NCBI GenBank assembly: GCA_951406725.2
Contig: OX597824.1
Location: forward strand, 6,820,001-6,884,000
Source: Octopus vulgaris
Taxonomy: Eukaryota
Length of the DNA: 64,000 bases
Direction of reading: 5' to 3'
Part shown: one piece after another, positions 1 through 13,839 of the stretch
Position numbering within the stretch: the first letter of the stretch is position 1
How the letters are laid out: the number at the start of each line of letters is the position of its first letter
The notes under the pieces: model-generated
Database searches by the model: none
Told to the model about the DNA's origin: nothing
The model's input: only the letters and a program-made list of their open reading frames with translations
Position numbers and translations under genes: made by a program

Positions 1-497
1 TGAATTCGTTTTAGTTCAGTGGACATCAAAGGGAATCGAAATAAATCAAACGATATCAGTCGAATGATTGTCATGCTGATACACAGCATCGTAAAAGATA
101 ACCGGGACCGACTGTAACATTATATGCACACAAATCGTACTCTAAAGTAATAAAAACAAAACCTTTTATTCTGGTTTTGTTGTAAAATTTATGCCATGTT
201 ACACAGGCGCAAACACACCTGGCCACTCATTGAAACCTCATAATTTATTGCCTGCTATGCAAATTTGACTTACTGTATAACGATTTTCATTAGTGACGCA
301 TTGCAATTAAGCTGAGTTGCATTATCGTCATAACCACAAAGATGATTAGGGTCACCACCACCACCACCACAACCATCATTGCCATTGTCATCATCAACCT
401 TTTAATGTCCAATTTTTAATGCTTGCCTGGGCTGAATGGAGTTTACTGAGACACCCTTCCTGCTATCAATGCTTACCTGCATTGATAGCCTTGAAGA

Positions 498-937
498 AAG
501 GCAGCGAGCTGGCAGAAACGTTAGCACACTGGGCGAAATGTCTAGCGGTATTTCATCTGCTGCTACGTTCTGAGTTCAAATTCCACCAAGGTCAACTTTG
601 CCTTTCATCCTTTCGGAGTCGATTAAAGAGGTACCAGTTACACACTGGGGTTGATATAATCGACTTATTCAGTTTGTCTGACCTTGTTTGTCCTCTCTGT
701 GTTTAGCACCTTGTGGGTGGTAAAGAAATAGGTTATTTTGTCTGCTGTTACGTTCTGAGTTCAAATTCTGCTGAGGTCGACTTTGCCTTTCATCCTTTTG
801 GGATCGATAAATTAAGTACCAGGGGTCGATTAAAGAAGTACCAGTTAATCACTGGGGTTGAAGTAATCGACTTAATCCATTTGTCTGTTCTTGTTTGTCC
901 CCTCTATGTTTAGACCCTGTTGGTAAAAAAGAAATAA
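498..937 (+). mobile_element. tRNA-derived SINE family B, multimeric copy
   Basis: Head aaggcagcgagctggcagaaacgttagc...gagttcaaattcc (B box), body gcctttcatcctttcggggtcga...aagtaccag, tail aaagaaata. The body is repeated internally. Same family at 4608, 9888, 22800, 30658, 31640, 38713, 41470, 55750 and 60410. Confidence 0.85.
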
Positions 938-1549
938 ATGCTTACCTGCTCCAAAGCAAGGTAATATTTTGTAAAAATCAGAAATGGTTGGCATTGCTTG
1001 TATGCCAATAACAGATATTTACAACATTTACCATGCAATCTGAAGACAAGGGAACACAGATGCCAGTACAATAATTCCTGATACAACCGGACACCCAAGA
1101 CACCATTTGTAAGCAAGTGATGACTTGGCACCAAGTACCAAGTTTTTGCTAATTACTGTGGGTGCCTTTGAGGCTGCAATCAATCATGAATACCATGCTG
1201 ACCATTACACACTTGAAGCAGAGGGACATCCAGCACATCATGGGGTGGGGGTGGGGTGATGAATGAACAGCCAGCTGGTGCTATAACAAAACTGAGTGCC
1301 TTGTTGAAAGCCATAGTGCCATCTGATCCAGGGACTGAACCCACACTTCGTAAGCAAGCTACTTACCACACAGCCACTCCTATGACTATAGTACAAAAAT
1401 TGTTATCTATCTAGCTGAACATAGGCAGTATTGTAAAACCTGACAAGCAGTTGATTTGTGAAATATTTATAAAAAGAAAACAAAATCTACTACAAAAAAA
1501 TTGTCTTTTTAAATTGTTGCATGTTAAAAAATATATTTGGGTTACTGAC

Positions 1550-2139
1550 CTTAATTAGAACTTGGACGGCATTGAGAGTTGATTCTTGCAAAGGGGTAAT
1601 CGTTAACTCTGGGTATGTTGGTATAATGAAGGGGGAAAAGTCACCATGGACTGGTACTGACAAAGCACTGCGCAGAACAGTTGAGAGCTTTTGCAGATCA
1701 GCAGCCACAAAACGGGATTTAATATGGTGAAACAAAGATGGAAATGTGTGGACAAGAGCCGTGAGGAAGGACTGAGAAGGAATATACAGCTTCTGACTTT
1801 TGCCAGTTGGTGCCTTTGTAGATAATGTTCCAATATTCAGCCACACACGCCAGGCAGTTGACCAAAGAGTTAGGTCGTTATCACTTTTTGATCCTTCGTT
1901 TTGAGATAGTTTGGAAGCAGTGAGAGTCTCGTCTTCAGATCGGCACATCACCTCTTCACTGGGGGGTATCACATTGCCACGACCACCACGAGTGTCCTCG
2001 GTTTTCTCTTTCGAATCCCGGTTGATTTGCATGATTTCTTGAAAACTCTTCAGAGCAGCAAGAGATACCTCTGCGTTCGGGCAAAGAGCCGAATATTCAA
2101 TGTGTTCCAGAAGAAGAGACCAAGCACGAGGAAAATCAC
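1550..2139 (-). CDS. MON2: MON2 internal coding exon (590 bp; 3'-most exon in window)
   Basis: (G)DFPRAWSLLLEHIEYSALCPNAEVSLAALKSFQEIMQI...LWSTAWRVWLNIG...YIPSQSFLTALVHTFPSLFHHIK...LTITPLQESTLNAVQVLIK. Acceptor tttcCAG (phase 1, completing Gly with the previous exon), donor AAG|GTCAGT. Confidence 0.95.
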
Positions 2140-3289
2140 CTGGAAAGAGAGCAAAAGAAGACGAAAAATTTTGGTGAAAAATGAAAAAGAGAAAAAAAAT
2201 GGAAAAGATTTCTAAAAGACAACTGAAACAAAGAAGAACTGATTTTCATGGATTTAAGAAGTATTTATAAGTTTTTCGATATTGGATTAAGGTTAGGGGC
2301 ATAATGCTTTCTTTGTGACAGCTTTGAAGGCCTGTATGCAGCACTGAAGAAGATAAAGGGTTACTTTGTATTCATTTTCAAGAGAAACCACATGAATGTC
2401 AAGTGAAAAAGGACTAACAATGACCGATTAGTGACCAGTGTCATAGGGACTACAACAACTCTGTGAATACAACAAACATATTTTTAAGGTCAACAGGAAA
2501 GAGAAAAACAAAATAAAAAAAAAATAATAAAAAAAAATCAGGCCTATAAGAGTTGGTCAATATCAAACTCTTGGAGTAGTTTCACTGGTTGTGTTGTGAA
2601 TGAAAGGTGAAGTGTGAGTCAGTGTCCAGAGGGTCAACCCAGGGCTATAATAGAAGACGTTTGCTGAAGTGGGTGGCTGGGGTGGGGGGAAATCTGACAT
2701 CGATAAAAATTGCTTTGAAGGTACCAAAATCTCAAAGGAAGTAAGAACTGTCAGAAGGTCGGATAGAAAGAACACTTCTAATATTTTCCAGTCAGCAAAA
2801 CCTAAAATTGTTTACGCAAACACCAACAAAAACAATAACACGGTACCTTTGCACAGAAGGTATATATATCTTTAAGAGTCAGGAGTGGGGGAGAAAGGCG
2901 ATGCTGGAATGGTCGTGCTTTCTCAAGGGAACTGTCAAGCGAAATGGCACCAATCAGAAATGGGAACTCAAGTGGAAATATAATAAGAATAATTATAATC
3001 TATGCTAGTCCAATCACTGCAAAAATATGAAATGGTTTCGTTCTTTAAAACATTGAATATCTTTTGGGTTGCAAGTATATTTTTTTCTTTCATTCTTAGA
3101 AAGGAAAAGAAAGAAACAAAAGGAAAAAAAAATACAAGATATATTCATCTTTCAAAACTTTTACCATTATTTATTTATTTTTTTCAGTTCCAGTTCTTTG
3201 GCTAGCTGTCATTTTTATGAAAAAAAGGAAATACACACTACAGAATATGCTTACAATAGATTTTTTCAACATCTCTCTCCTTCACTTTT

Positions 3290-3764
<475 letters not shown>

Positions 3765-4018
3765 TGCAAACACACACACTCACACAAACGCGTATGTACA
3801 CACAGACATGCCTACATTCATAAACACACACATACACACACACTTCTACATAAGAAGTACAACACAAAGGGGGCAACAGTGAGATTGTGTCTCTAAAATG
3901 ACAACTGCTCAAATAAAACCTGCATCGTGTGTAAACAGATAGCGGTGGGCGGGCTGGTGGGGTGGGGGAGCATTTCCCACCCATCTAGATAAGTTTCCCA
4001 AAAGCAGGTAATGGCTCG

Positions 4019-4019
<1 letters not shown>

Positions 4020-4050
<31 letters not shown>

Positions 4051-4078
4051 ACACCACCCACTATCATCATTATTATCA

Positions 4079-4126
<48 letters not shown>

Positions 4127-4280
4127 GTTGGGTCTGTTGTATTTCCAACAGCTGCCAACAGAAGCAAACAAAATATTACATTATGCTCAACAAAGACTTT
4201 ATCCACCCCCACCACACACCTCCCCATGTTTGACAAGTGAATACATTCATTGCAACAACAACAACAACAACAACAACCAC
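4020..4280. repeat. (CAT)n, (TAT)n and (CAA)n trinucleotide microsatellites
   Basis: Directly visible tandem triplets. Confidence 0.9.
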
Positions 4281-4607
4281 CGCTACCTTCCCCTAAGTCA
4301 AAAAAAGCAAAAAAAAAGCATAACATTTGCATTCAGCAACAATGGAAAGATATCCCAGCAGTTTTCATTGGCAAAACTCGTTACAATGATAACGAAGATA
4401 TATATATATATTTGCCAGTAATAGAACGGATTTGCATACAGGTAATATGCCACTGAAGAATAACACCTTTCTCTTTCAAAGGTACCATGTAGGGGTGTAG
4501 TTAAGAAGTCCGCATCCCAACCATGTTGTTCTGGGTTTGGCCCTTCCCTGTGGCACCCTTGGCACTGACACCTTGTGAGTGGATTTTGCAAATGGAAACT
4601 ATAATTT

Positions 4608-5015
4608 TAAGGCAGCAAGCCGGCAGAATTGTTAGCATGCCAGGTGAAATGCTTAGTGGTATTTCGTCTGCCATTACGTTCTGAGTTCAAATTCCGCCGA
4701 GGTCGACGTTGCCTTTCATCCTTTTGGGGTCGATTAAATAAGTACCAGTTACACACTGGGATTGATATAATCGACTTAATTCCCCTTGTCTGTCCTTGTT
4801 CGTCCCCTCTGTGTTTAGCCCCTTGTGGGCAATAGAGAAATAGGGATTTCATCTGCCGCTACGTTCTGAGTTAAAATTCTGCCGAGGTCGACTTTGCCCT
4901 TCATCCTTTCGGGGTCGATTAAATAAGTACCAGTTACGCACTGGAGCTGATGTAATCAACTTAATCCCTTTGTCTGTCCCCTTTATGTTTAGTCCCTTGT
5001 GGGCAATAAAGAAAC
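4608..5015 (+). mobile_element. SINE family B dimer
   Basis: Full head and body followed by a second body lacking the 5' A-box part. Confidence 0.85.
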
Positions 5016-5334
5016 AGGATACTATAAGAAGTCTGTCATACATGATGATGATGATGATGATGATGGTAACTGTGAAGGATTGGTAGTGATATATATATAC
5101 ATGGATGTGTATATATAAGTATTTATATGTGCATGTGTGTATATATATGTGTTGTTGATTGTAAACGAGCATCCCTGTCCTACAAGTGATGTTGTTTGTT
5201 TCTAGTCTTCCTGAGAAAACATGTCTGGTTGTCAGGAAATACTACCTTGCTTAAAAACAGGTAAGTGCTGGTGACAGGAAGGGGATTAAGCCATAGAAAA
5301 CCAGCCCCAACAAATTCTGTCTGGTCCTTACTAA

Positions 5335-5670
5335 TACTCTTTTATTCTTTTATTTGTTTCAGTCATTTGACTGCAGCCATGCTGGAGCACTGCCTTTAGT
5401 CGAAACAAATCGGCCCCAGGACTTATTCTTTGTCAGCCTAGTACTTATTCTATTGGTCTCTTTTGCCGAACCGCTAAGTTACGGGGGCGTAAACACACCA
5501 GCATCGGTTGTCAAGCGATGTATAAGGTAAAAAGAAATACTCTTTTACTTGTTTCAGTCATTTGACTGTGGCCATGCTGGAGCACCGCTTTTAGTCAAGC
5601 AAATTGACCCCAGGACTTATTCTTTGTAAGCCTTATTCTACTGTTCTATTTTGCCGAACCGCTAAGTTAC
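5335..5670 (-). mobile_element. Two 3' fragments of tRNA-derived SINE family A
   Basis: ttgtttcagtcatttgactg(c/t)(a/g)gccatgctggagcac...gccgaaccgctaagttacg occurs twice. Confidence 0.85.
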
Positions 5671-6261
5671 GATCAAAGAAAAGCCGATTAAAATGAAATC
5701 AAAGAAGGAAGCAGAACTTTACATCCTCTCTATTTGAGAAACGAGAGACAATGTTTTCAACTAATTATTTTCTACTGAGGGGTTAAAAGAAAAGAAAAGA
5801 AAAAAAAAACTTTGATAATTTCAAAATCAGTGTTAATTGTTAATGAAGAATTTCCTTAACTGATATTTTCTAATTAGAAATCGGTGATGTTATTGCTGTA
5901 TGTAAACAATCATTACGATGCTTATTGCCATTGGGGAAGCAGAATTTGTATTTTGATTTTGTAATTTATAAAGTCACTATCAGCGATTTGAGTGCGTAAA
6001 TGGATCCAAAAGACTACAACTCTTGCACTCTGTGCTTTGAAGAACTGAAATCTTTCTCAAAAAACCAAATTCCAAAAGTCTTTATGTGCAACAATACATT
6101 TTAGCACAATGGCATTTGGTTAGAAGGCCAAAAATCTTTAGTTTAAGATCTTCCATTCCCTGAATAAGTTGCCTAATGGATGCAGTTAGATTTTTTATGC
6201 ATATGTAATAGATAAAAATATTTCTCTTTTAATAAAGATGATCTTTTGTTTCATTTTTTTT

Positions 6262-6638
6262 TTCACTTGTTTCAGTCACTTGACCGCGGCCATGCTGGAG
6301 CACCACCTTTAGTCAAGCAAATTGACCCCGGGACTTATTCTTTGTAAGCCTAGTAATTATTCTATCAGTCTCTTTTGCCGAACCGCTAAGTGACGGAGAC
6401 ATAATCGCACCAGCATTTGTTGTCAAGCAATGCTAGGGGGACAAACACAGACACACAAACATACACACACACACACACACACACATATACGATGAGCTTC
6501 TTTCAGTTTCCATCTACCAAATCCACTCACAAGACTTTGGTTGGCCCAAAGCTATAGTAGAAGACATTTGCCCAAGATGCCATGCAGTGGGACTGAACCC
6601 GGAACCATGTGATTGGTAAGCAAGCTACTTACCACACA
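6262..6638 (-). mobile_element. SINE family A (tRNA head, CORE-like segment, central TG/TA microsatellite)
   Basis: Minus strand reads tgtgtggtaagtagcttgc...gggttcagtccc...cttgggcaaatgtcttctactatagc; matches the copies at 24790 and 39405. Confidence 0.88.
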
Positions 6639-7009
6639 ATGTTTTAAATCTCTTTTCAAACTGTTCCTGAAGAACCTGAAGGCGGATAATGAATGACATT
6701 GTGTCTCATTTTCTTTATATTTGGGAAATGTACAAGAGGCTTTATTTTCAAATGAGAAACCTACAAGATCACTTTTGATTTCAGTAATTTTAAAGGGTTT
6801 ATCATAACAGTTACCCATTTATCTTCCTGCTCCTAGTTTAAAGAATTCAATTTGTGTTTGGTGTCCGTGAGAAAACCCTAATCCACCAACCAGCAATGAA
6901 CTAATCGAACCCAAAATTGATTTTGGGATATGAGAAATTTTTCTTTAGATATTCATTTAAGCTAAAAACAACAACAAAAAAAAATCCTGTATGTACTTTA
7001 TTTTTACCA

Positions 7010-7580
7010 AGTCATCGTAATTCCTTATACATGTGATGAGATCGGCTTGTTTGTTTTCAATATCTTCTAGTGATGCTTTGAAAAGCCAGAGTTGCAAAGA
7101 AAGGTGCTGTTCTGGCAGATTTGATTATTTTTATAAGAATATTCATGACATGTCCAACCATCATGTGATAAAATACGTTTACGACACAAAGCTTTTTGAT
7201 GGAAAGCACAATAGAACAACAGAAAGTTAAAAAAAAAGGATTCTTTTTTCCATTTTTGCAGAGAGCAATAAATTCTTTGACATTATCAACCATTTCTGAT
7301 GCCTTATCAATAGAGATTGCAGATAGCTTATGCAGAGGCATATCTACTGACAACATGCAGTCTCAATATGCGATTGTAAATAACATCACCTGTTGTTCAG
7401 CCTTTGATAGGCACCATTTTCTATTGTTCTTCCTTTGTAGGGAATTTACTAAATACCATTCTCTCTATAACTTATCAGCAGTGTTGTATCAGGTAGATTT
7501 GTTGACTCATCAAACGGCAGCAGGAATCAGGCACAGATTGGTAAGTCATTCATCAGGAAATTTATACGTTAGTTGAAATT
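7010..7580 (-). pseudogene. Decayed hAT-superfamily transposase fragment (SPIN/Buster/GTF2IRD2-like)
   Basis: Across frameshifts and stops the minus strand gives FLLPFDESTNLPDTTLL (cf. FSLxxDESTD), KEE..MVPIKG*TTGDVIY, MPLHKLSAISIDKASEMV (cf. KLVSIxTDGAPAM), HVMNILIKIIKSAR and LFKASLED, in the order expected for this family. Confidence 0.75.
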
Positions 7581-8029
7581 GCATGTTTCCCTTCTTGTAA
7601 CGGTGCCAACTAATGTCAGCATCTTGTATGGATTTTCACATTTGGTGAAAACTACAGTACATAAGTACATAAACTGCAGTACTTAAGCTAGTATTGCTAA
7701 ACAGAAATACTTCTTTTCTCTCTTTTATAACTCTGATCCCAATTTTTTTTTTGTCTTTTGCACAAGAGACAGAGCGACATTTTTAAGATTTTGGTACTGG
7801 TATCGTGGCAGTGGCAGCGGTGGTGGTGGTGGTGGTTCTCTGTCATTCAGTGATGACGACACATTTGTTAATCACCTGAATAATCCACTCCTGAATTAAT
7901 GTTTAAGTGGCTGAGCACTGACGGTGCTGAAGCATTCAACAGACTCCAAACCATAATGGTAATCAAAGAGGCACACATCAGAAACCAAATTAAAGTTATT
8001 CTAGTTATCAGTTACCTCAACAATAACCG

Positions 8030-8445
8030 ATGTTGTTGACAGATGGAAGAGTACAGCCAGAATTGAAAAACAGACAAAGACTTTGAAACAAAGATGCTGC
8101 TGAAAAATCTTGGGCATCAGATGGCAAGACAAGATCAGAAACAAAAAGGTGCCTTGAAGGTGCCACATACCTGAGTCTTGTCATCAAAGACAGAAGAATA
8201 CAGGTGACAGGGCATATTCTATAAATGGAGGACAATATCCCTGCAAGAACTGCAATGCTATGGTTACCAGCTGGTGAGAAGAGATCAAAGAGTAGGTCCA
8301 AAGAAAACCTGGGGTTCCAACATAAAAGATTATCTGAGCAGATGGGACCCAAACTGGTTTCAAGCCCCAGGCCTTGCCAAAGATAGGATAAGATAGAAGA
8401 GCATGGTGGCCTGTTGTCACAAGCTAGAGGAACAGATGACCAGAT
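8030..8445 (+). mobile_element. Old RTE-like LINE ORF C-terminal fragment
   Basis: KILGIRWQDKIRNK...RRIQVTGHIL*MEDNIPARTAMLWLPAGEKR...PKKTW...AKDRIR*KSMVA resembles RTE-clade C-termini; disrupted by stops and frameshifts. Confidence 0.75.
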
Positions 8446-8729
8446 GGTTGAGTATTCCATAAACATATGTATTTGCAGTGTCATTCTCAGGTAGAATAAG
8501 TATGATGCAGCGGGTGACAAAGTTGTATCCGTGAATTACAGGTACTGTCAATCCTCATGGGTCACCATACAGTTTCCATCTACTCTATTTTACCCATAAG
8601 ATATGGGTTGACCAGGGGCTATAGAAATGATATTTTCTCAAGATGTGATGCAGGGAATTGAAACCAAGACCTCCTGGTTATGACACAAACTTCCTTATCA
8701 TGTTGCATCTACTTTAAGATTTTACATTT

Positions 8730-8923
8730 TCGTGGCACGTAAAAAGCACCCACTACACTCACGGAGTGGTTGGCGTTAGGAAGGGCATCCAGCTGTAGAA
8801 ACTTTGCCAGATAAGACCGGAGCCTGGTGCAGCCTTCTGGCTTCCCAGATCCCCAGTCGAACCGTCCAACCCATGCTAGCATGGAGAACGGATGTTAAAC
8901 GATGATGATGATGATGATGATGA
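8730..8923 (+). mobile_element. 3' end of RTE-clade LINE with (GAT)n tail
   Basis: gtggcacgtaaaaagcacccactacac...ttggcgttaggaagggcatccagc...ccaacccatgctagcatgg...gttaaacgatgatgat; identical architecture to the ORF-linked copy at 49860-50600. Confidence 0.85.
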
Positions 8924-9887
8924 ACTAAGACTGACTGTTTTGTAGACAGGCTTGGTTTTGTGTTTCTTATTTTAGATGTAAGTGAGAAACGGTTCTTAAA
9001 AGATGTGGGATTAAACTGGAAATGATATCAAACATTGCATTTTTGCTTTTCTTTTCTGCTAATGCAAAATATCATTATAAAATGTGGGGAAAAATAAAAT
9101 AAAATCTTCAAAACAGACAAAACAAGGTTTCTTCCCACTCCTTGTCAAAACTTTATATTCTTTGTCTTGTACAAATTTTGGGATTAAAAATTAAAAAATA
9201 CTGCAGAAAATAAAAGAAAAAAGAACATTCAAATCATAACAAAAAAAAAAAAAAAAATTAACAAACAACATACAAATACTCATTAAGCATAAGTATTTCA
9301 AAAGAAAGTAATGTCTTTACATTTAATGCTTCTAGCAAACAAAAGTGAATGCTTTGGTAAATAAGTGAAATATTTTTACAAATGAAACTGAAAGCTTTTT
9401 ATAGTATTAACCTGCGAAACGTTGTTTATTTATTCAGTTCAAAGAATTCTTGGATAAATGTTATTTATTTACTTGTTAACATTTCACAATGTCGATATTG
9501 CTTCTGTTTCAAAATTCACCTGAAGGTTGACTTCACTAAAATACTACAGAAAAAAACTTTATATTTTTAAATACTGTTATAAAACTTTTTCTCGGATCAC
9601 AGAGGAAAATCAGATAGTGTACCCAAAGTGGAAACATGTAAACACATTAGAAAAAAAAAATACAAAAAAAAAAGAAAAGAAATGAATTAAACAATAAACA
9701 AATAGTGAACAGACACAAATGGTTCAATGAGAACCATGGTACTTATGAACACAAATTTGCAGAAATCCCTTGTTTAATTGTTTTGATATCATCCTGCCAC
9801 AGACTCTGATACAAAATTCCTGTCTTAAAGAGATCTAAACTGAAGAATTCCATCAAAATTTTATATCTATATCTATATAAAGCTGAA

Positions 9888-10235
9888 GTATTTCATCTGT
9901 CGTTATGTTCTGAGTTCAAATTCCGCCAAGGTCGACTTTGCTTTTCATCCTTTCGGGGTTGATAAATAAAGTACCAGTTTCGCACTGAGGTCGATGTAAC
10001 CGACCTAATCCCTTTGTCTGTCCTTGTTTGTCCCTTCTATGTTTAGCCCCTTGTGGGTAGTAAAGAAACAAAATTACCATTTATGCTATCAGATGAATTG
10101 TACCTTATTTTATTAACCTGGAAAGGATGAAAAGCAAAGTTGTCTTGAGCGGGATTTGAACTCTGAATGTTAAGAATCAGAACAAACACCACAAAATCTT
10201 TTATCTCAAACACTAACAATTCTGCAAAACTCTTC
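9888..10235. mobile_element. SINE family B copies, tail to tail (+ 9888-10070; degraded - 10090-10235)
   Basis: Family B body on both strands. Confidence 0.75.
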
Positions 10236-10767
10236 ATAAAAAATAATGAAGAATAACATGTAATTGGATTTTTGGAGAGAAAACTAAAAAGAATCTAAAC
10301 TTCGGATTTACAGAAAAAGTTACTTTTTAGAAAAAGTCTACAACAAAACGCTTTTGTTTTCGGTATTTTTGAATTTGCACTCCTGATACTGCATTGAGTT
10401 AATTTCCCTTTAAAATAACAGCTTGCATCTGAAATTCTGCGAAGACAAAACTACTTTATCATTACCCAGGTGTTAGAAACGCTCTTTAGTGAAGAAATAT
10501 CCTGGAGCGGTTTTCTTACTCCAGCATCTGATAACTAGACAGGGAAAAGATTCTGACATGGTCTCCCAAGAAATGATTAGAAACTTCTGAAAGATACCAG
10601 ACTGCATCGAATATCGTATAAAGACAAGAAAAGACAATTTGAGCAAATATAAGTTATAATGTTGATATGGTATATTAAAAAATAAATGGAAGGCATAAAC
10701 ATAACTGGCAAATACAATTTATTTTCTGTGGTGATAAGTTCTCTCTATAAATTCTAATTATTAGAAA

Positions 10768-11136
10768 TCTCTCTATATATAAAGCTGAAGTTGTCTGTGT
10801 ATGGCAGGTTTGGTAGCCTTCAACTAACACTATCTCCTCCGAGCCCCTGCTCCGCAAGTTGACCAAAATTGAGAGTATAATAGAAGAAGGCTTGCTCTTC
10901 ATTCCATAGAAGAAAAAATTCAAATCAGACCATGTTAAGACCAAAAATTATTTACATCAAAAAGGTGCTTTTTTCCTATGAAAATCCCTATTTTTTACGA
11001 TTTTTTAACTGCTGTGTCGCCATTTTTCGGTGTATTTCAACCAGAAAAATGGTCACTTAAAGAGAATAACAAGCTACAAAAATTCCAATTCTAAAGGGTC
11101 GAAACAAACCCGAGCAGCACCGGGTGATACTGCTAG
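10768..11136 (+). mobile_element. Non-autonomous Helitron (family H1)
   Basis: 5' TC(TC)TATATATAAAGCTGAAG, subterminal hairpin CCCG-agcagca-CCGGG, 3' CTAG, inserted between A and T; second copy at 58718-59111. Confidence 0.85.
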
Positions 11137-11285
11137 TATATATAAAGTTATGATAATGACATGCTGTCTTACACCTATGCATGAATATATGCGAGAGAGT
11201 GAATGTCCGTTTTCCCTTTTTTTTTTTTCACTGGTATTTTGAGGAACATCTGAGATGAAGGCACAGACACATACTCAGGAAATTT

Positions 11286-11735
11286 CAGGGTGCGATGGTA
11301 AATTGTCACCATTTTATATTTATAATTTTGCTCATGTGCATTGTTTGTTTTTGATTTTGTCAGCTACACAGTAGAGTAGGGTCAATTGGGCACTGCTTGT
11401 GAGAAAAACGGCACCTTGGAAACGACATGGTATACTGCTTGGCATTCACACCAGAAGTTCTAACATGAACATTTCAGAGTGTTTGGGAGTCCATCTGAGG
11501 ACAGTGCATGTACAGGGAATGATAAAAATCAAACATCCAGTGGACATCATGGTGTCTGGAGTGATCACTATTCATGGTGATGTTATGCCTCCATTCATTT
11601 TCTCACATGCTCTCAGACTGAACATGGAGGCCTACATTAAGTGCCTGGAGGAGGCAGTGCTGCCCTGGGTCAAGAGGGTGGCAGCTGGAAGACCCTATAT
11701 CTGGCAACAGGACTCTGCACCATGCCACACAAGTA
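11286..11735 (+). mobile_element. Internally deleted Tc1/mariner (maT/DD37D-like) transposon relic
   Basis: CAGGGTG terminus. ORF 11399-11770 fuses an HTH-like start (ISECLGVHLRTVH) to catalytic-core motifs KHPVDIMVSGVIT..GDVMPPFIF and YIWQQDSAPCHTS. Confidence 0.8.
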
Positions 11736-12030
11736 GGGTACTTAGCTATTTGACAAATAGAGATCGATAAAAGAAGTACCAGATGGAAATAAGTACTGGA
11801 GGATGATATGATTGAAGGTACTGCTCCAGCATGGGCAAAATCCAGTAGCTCAAACCAAAAAAAAAAGAATAAAAATGCATCATATATGATTAAATGGACT
11901 TAGTGTTTTTGTCATAAATCCAAGTTATTATTACTGATGGATCAATTCTCTCAAACGATACATTGTCAATAATTAATACATATTGTAATAATAAATCTTA
12001 GAGCAAGTTATAAACAGTAGCTGCAACACA

Positions 12031-12221
12031 TCGTGACGTACATTTGCCATTTAAATATGGCTAACCCCTAAGGGTAGATGCTACTGTAGTTTGCAAATAC
12101 TGATAGGGCACAGAAAGTGTGTCTATAGCCAGCTGGAGGAGGTGTCCTCCCGGGGCTACAAACTACAGTAGCATCCACCCTTAGGGGTTAGCCATATTTA
12201 AATGGCAAATGTACGTCACGA
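12031..12221. repeat. 63-bp near-perfect inverted repeat with 65-bp spacer (MITE-like)
   Basis: Arm 12031-12093 is the reverse complement of 12159-12221 with one mismatch. Confidence 0.9.
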
Positions 12222-13839
12222 ATACATATTGTATTTGATAGCAAATATATGATGCACATTATTTAAAGAAAAAAAAATCTCCCAAACAATCTCTTTGGGT
12301 CCTATTTGTGAAAGTGGGCCTCCCATCAGCTAATTTTGTTCCTGAATATAAATATGTGCTACTAAAGACGGGTTGCATATAATATGTGAGTGAGGCTTTT
12401 ATGCTATTAAATACAGTCTATTCCTGGAATGAACACTGCAAGCCCTTCATTTAGCTTTTATTTTTCCCCTTTTCAGTTTATCTTTTGAGCCGATGAGCAG
12501 GAAATATGCCATATAAGAGATTACTGGAAGCAGAAGCGGATAAGGACATTAATTCATGCTAATTCTGAAATGCTGAGTGTCACAAAAGGTGAAATTACGA
12601 GAACAAAGGTGAACAGCAACGAGACCATTCTTGTGGCCACTAATTTATTGCTATGCAACCAACACATTTTATTTTATTAAATACACATCGTAAACTCAGG
12701 TGATTCGGTATCAAGAAGAACTGCAAAGACTAAACAGATAAAGAATTAGTCTCTCCACCGAAATGCTTTGTATTACTGATGCTGTAATCTGAAGGAAGCA
12801 CTTAATACATTGAAATCCAGCTTATTTAATTGGCAGCAGAACAGTTTACTCTTTTAGGATTAAATCAGTTGATATGACAAAGAATGGGGCTGAGCTAACT
12901 CAATTATTTCAGCTTAAAACATTTATAATGGGAATTTTACAGTGTGTTAGTTAAAATTATGCAAATACAACTACTCAGAATGAATAAGTTATCTCCTTTA
13001 TATAAAAATATTAGAATTCAAAAACTCTGAATTAAATTCAAGCATTTTCAATTATATCAATTATTAACCATTTCTACATCAAGTGGGAGTCTGCTGTGTT
13101 TCCAAAGACAAAGACACACAGACGTTCGTATATAGTCGTATTATGACAGCTCTTGGGAAAAAAGTAGTGACAAAAACACGTCATTTTAAAACTTTGAATA
13201 TCAATAGACAGCACAAACAGCTTGTGATCATTATAATTTTCATTTCGGTTTTAAATAAAAATTCAAATTGAGAGATTTAATAGTTAAATTGTCTGGCAAC
13301 ATTTTTCTTTCAGTGTTAATGATTTAAGAGTAAAATTTTTGAGAATGGCACTTAACAATGAAATTTCTGAAATTGTTGTGAATTCCATCCATTTTTCTTT
13401 TTCTTTTTTTTTTTTTTTTTTTTTGTATATTTCCAAATTAATAACACAAGCAAATACGAAGTTAATGAAACTGATTGGTCAGAAGCAATTCTTCTCAAGC
13501 AATTTCACTGATATGTTATATCATAATGGTAAAATAGTTCTGGGGTAGAATTAATACCGGAGCCAGTAGCATTGATCCTTTTATTACCATATTTCAATTG
13601 AAATACACCAATTTTGTTTTTGATTCGTTTTTAAATTAATGAAGTATTTATTAAAATGACTTGGTCGTTATTAACCTTTTCACAGCAAAATCAAATTTTG
13701 TGGTTATTTCAGTAATGATGTTACTTTCAAAAACGGAATTGGTATTTTCTGCAAGTCACACTGCCACAATAAACTTAACATGTCTAAACGGAATATAATT
13801 TCAAACATGACATTCTGCAAGGAAAGATAGACCGATATA

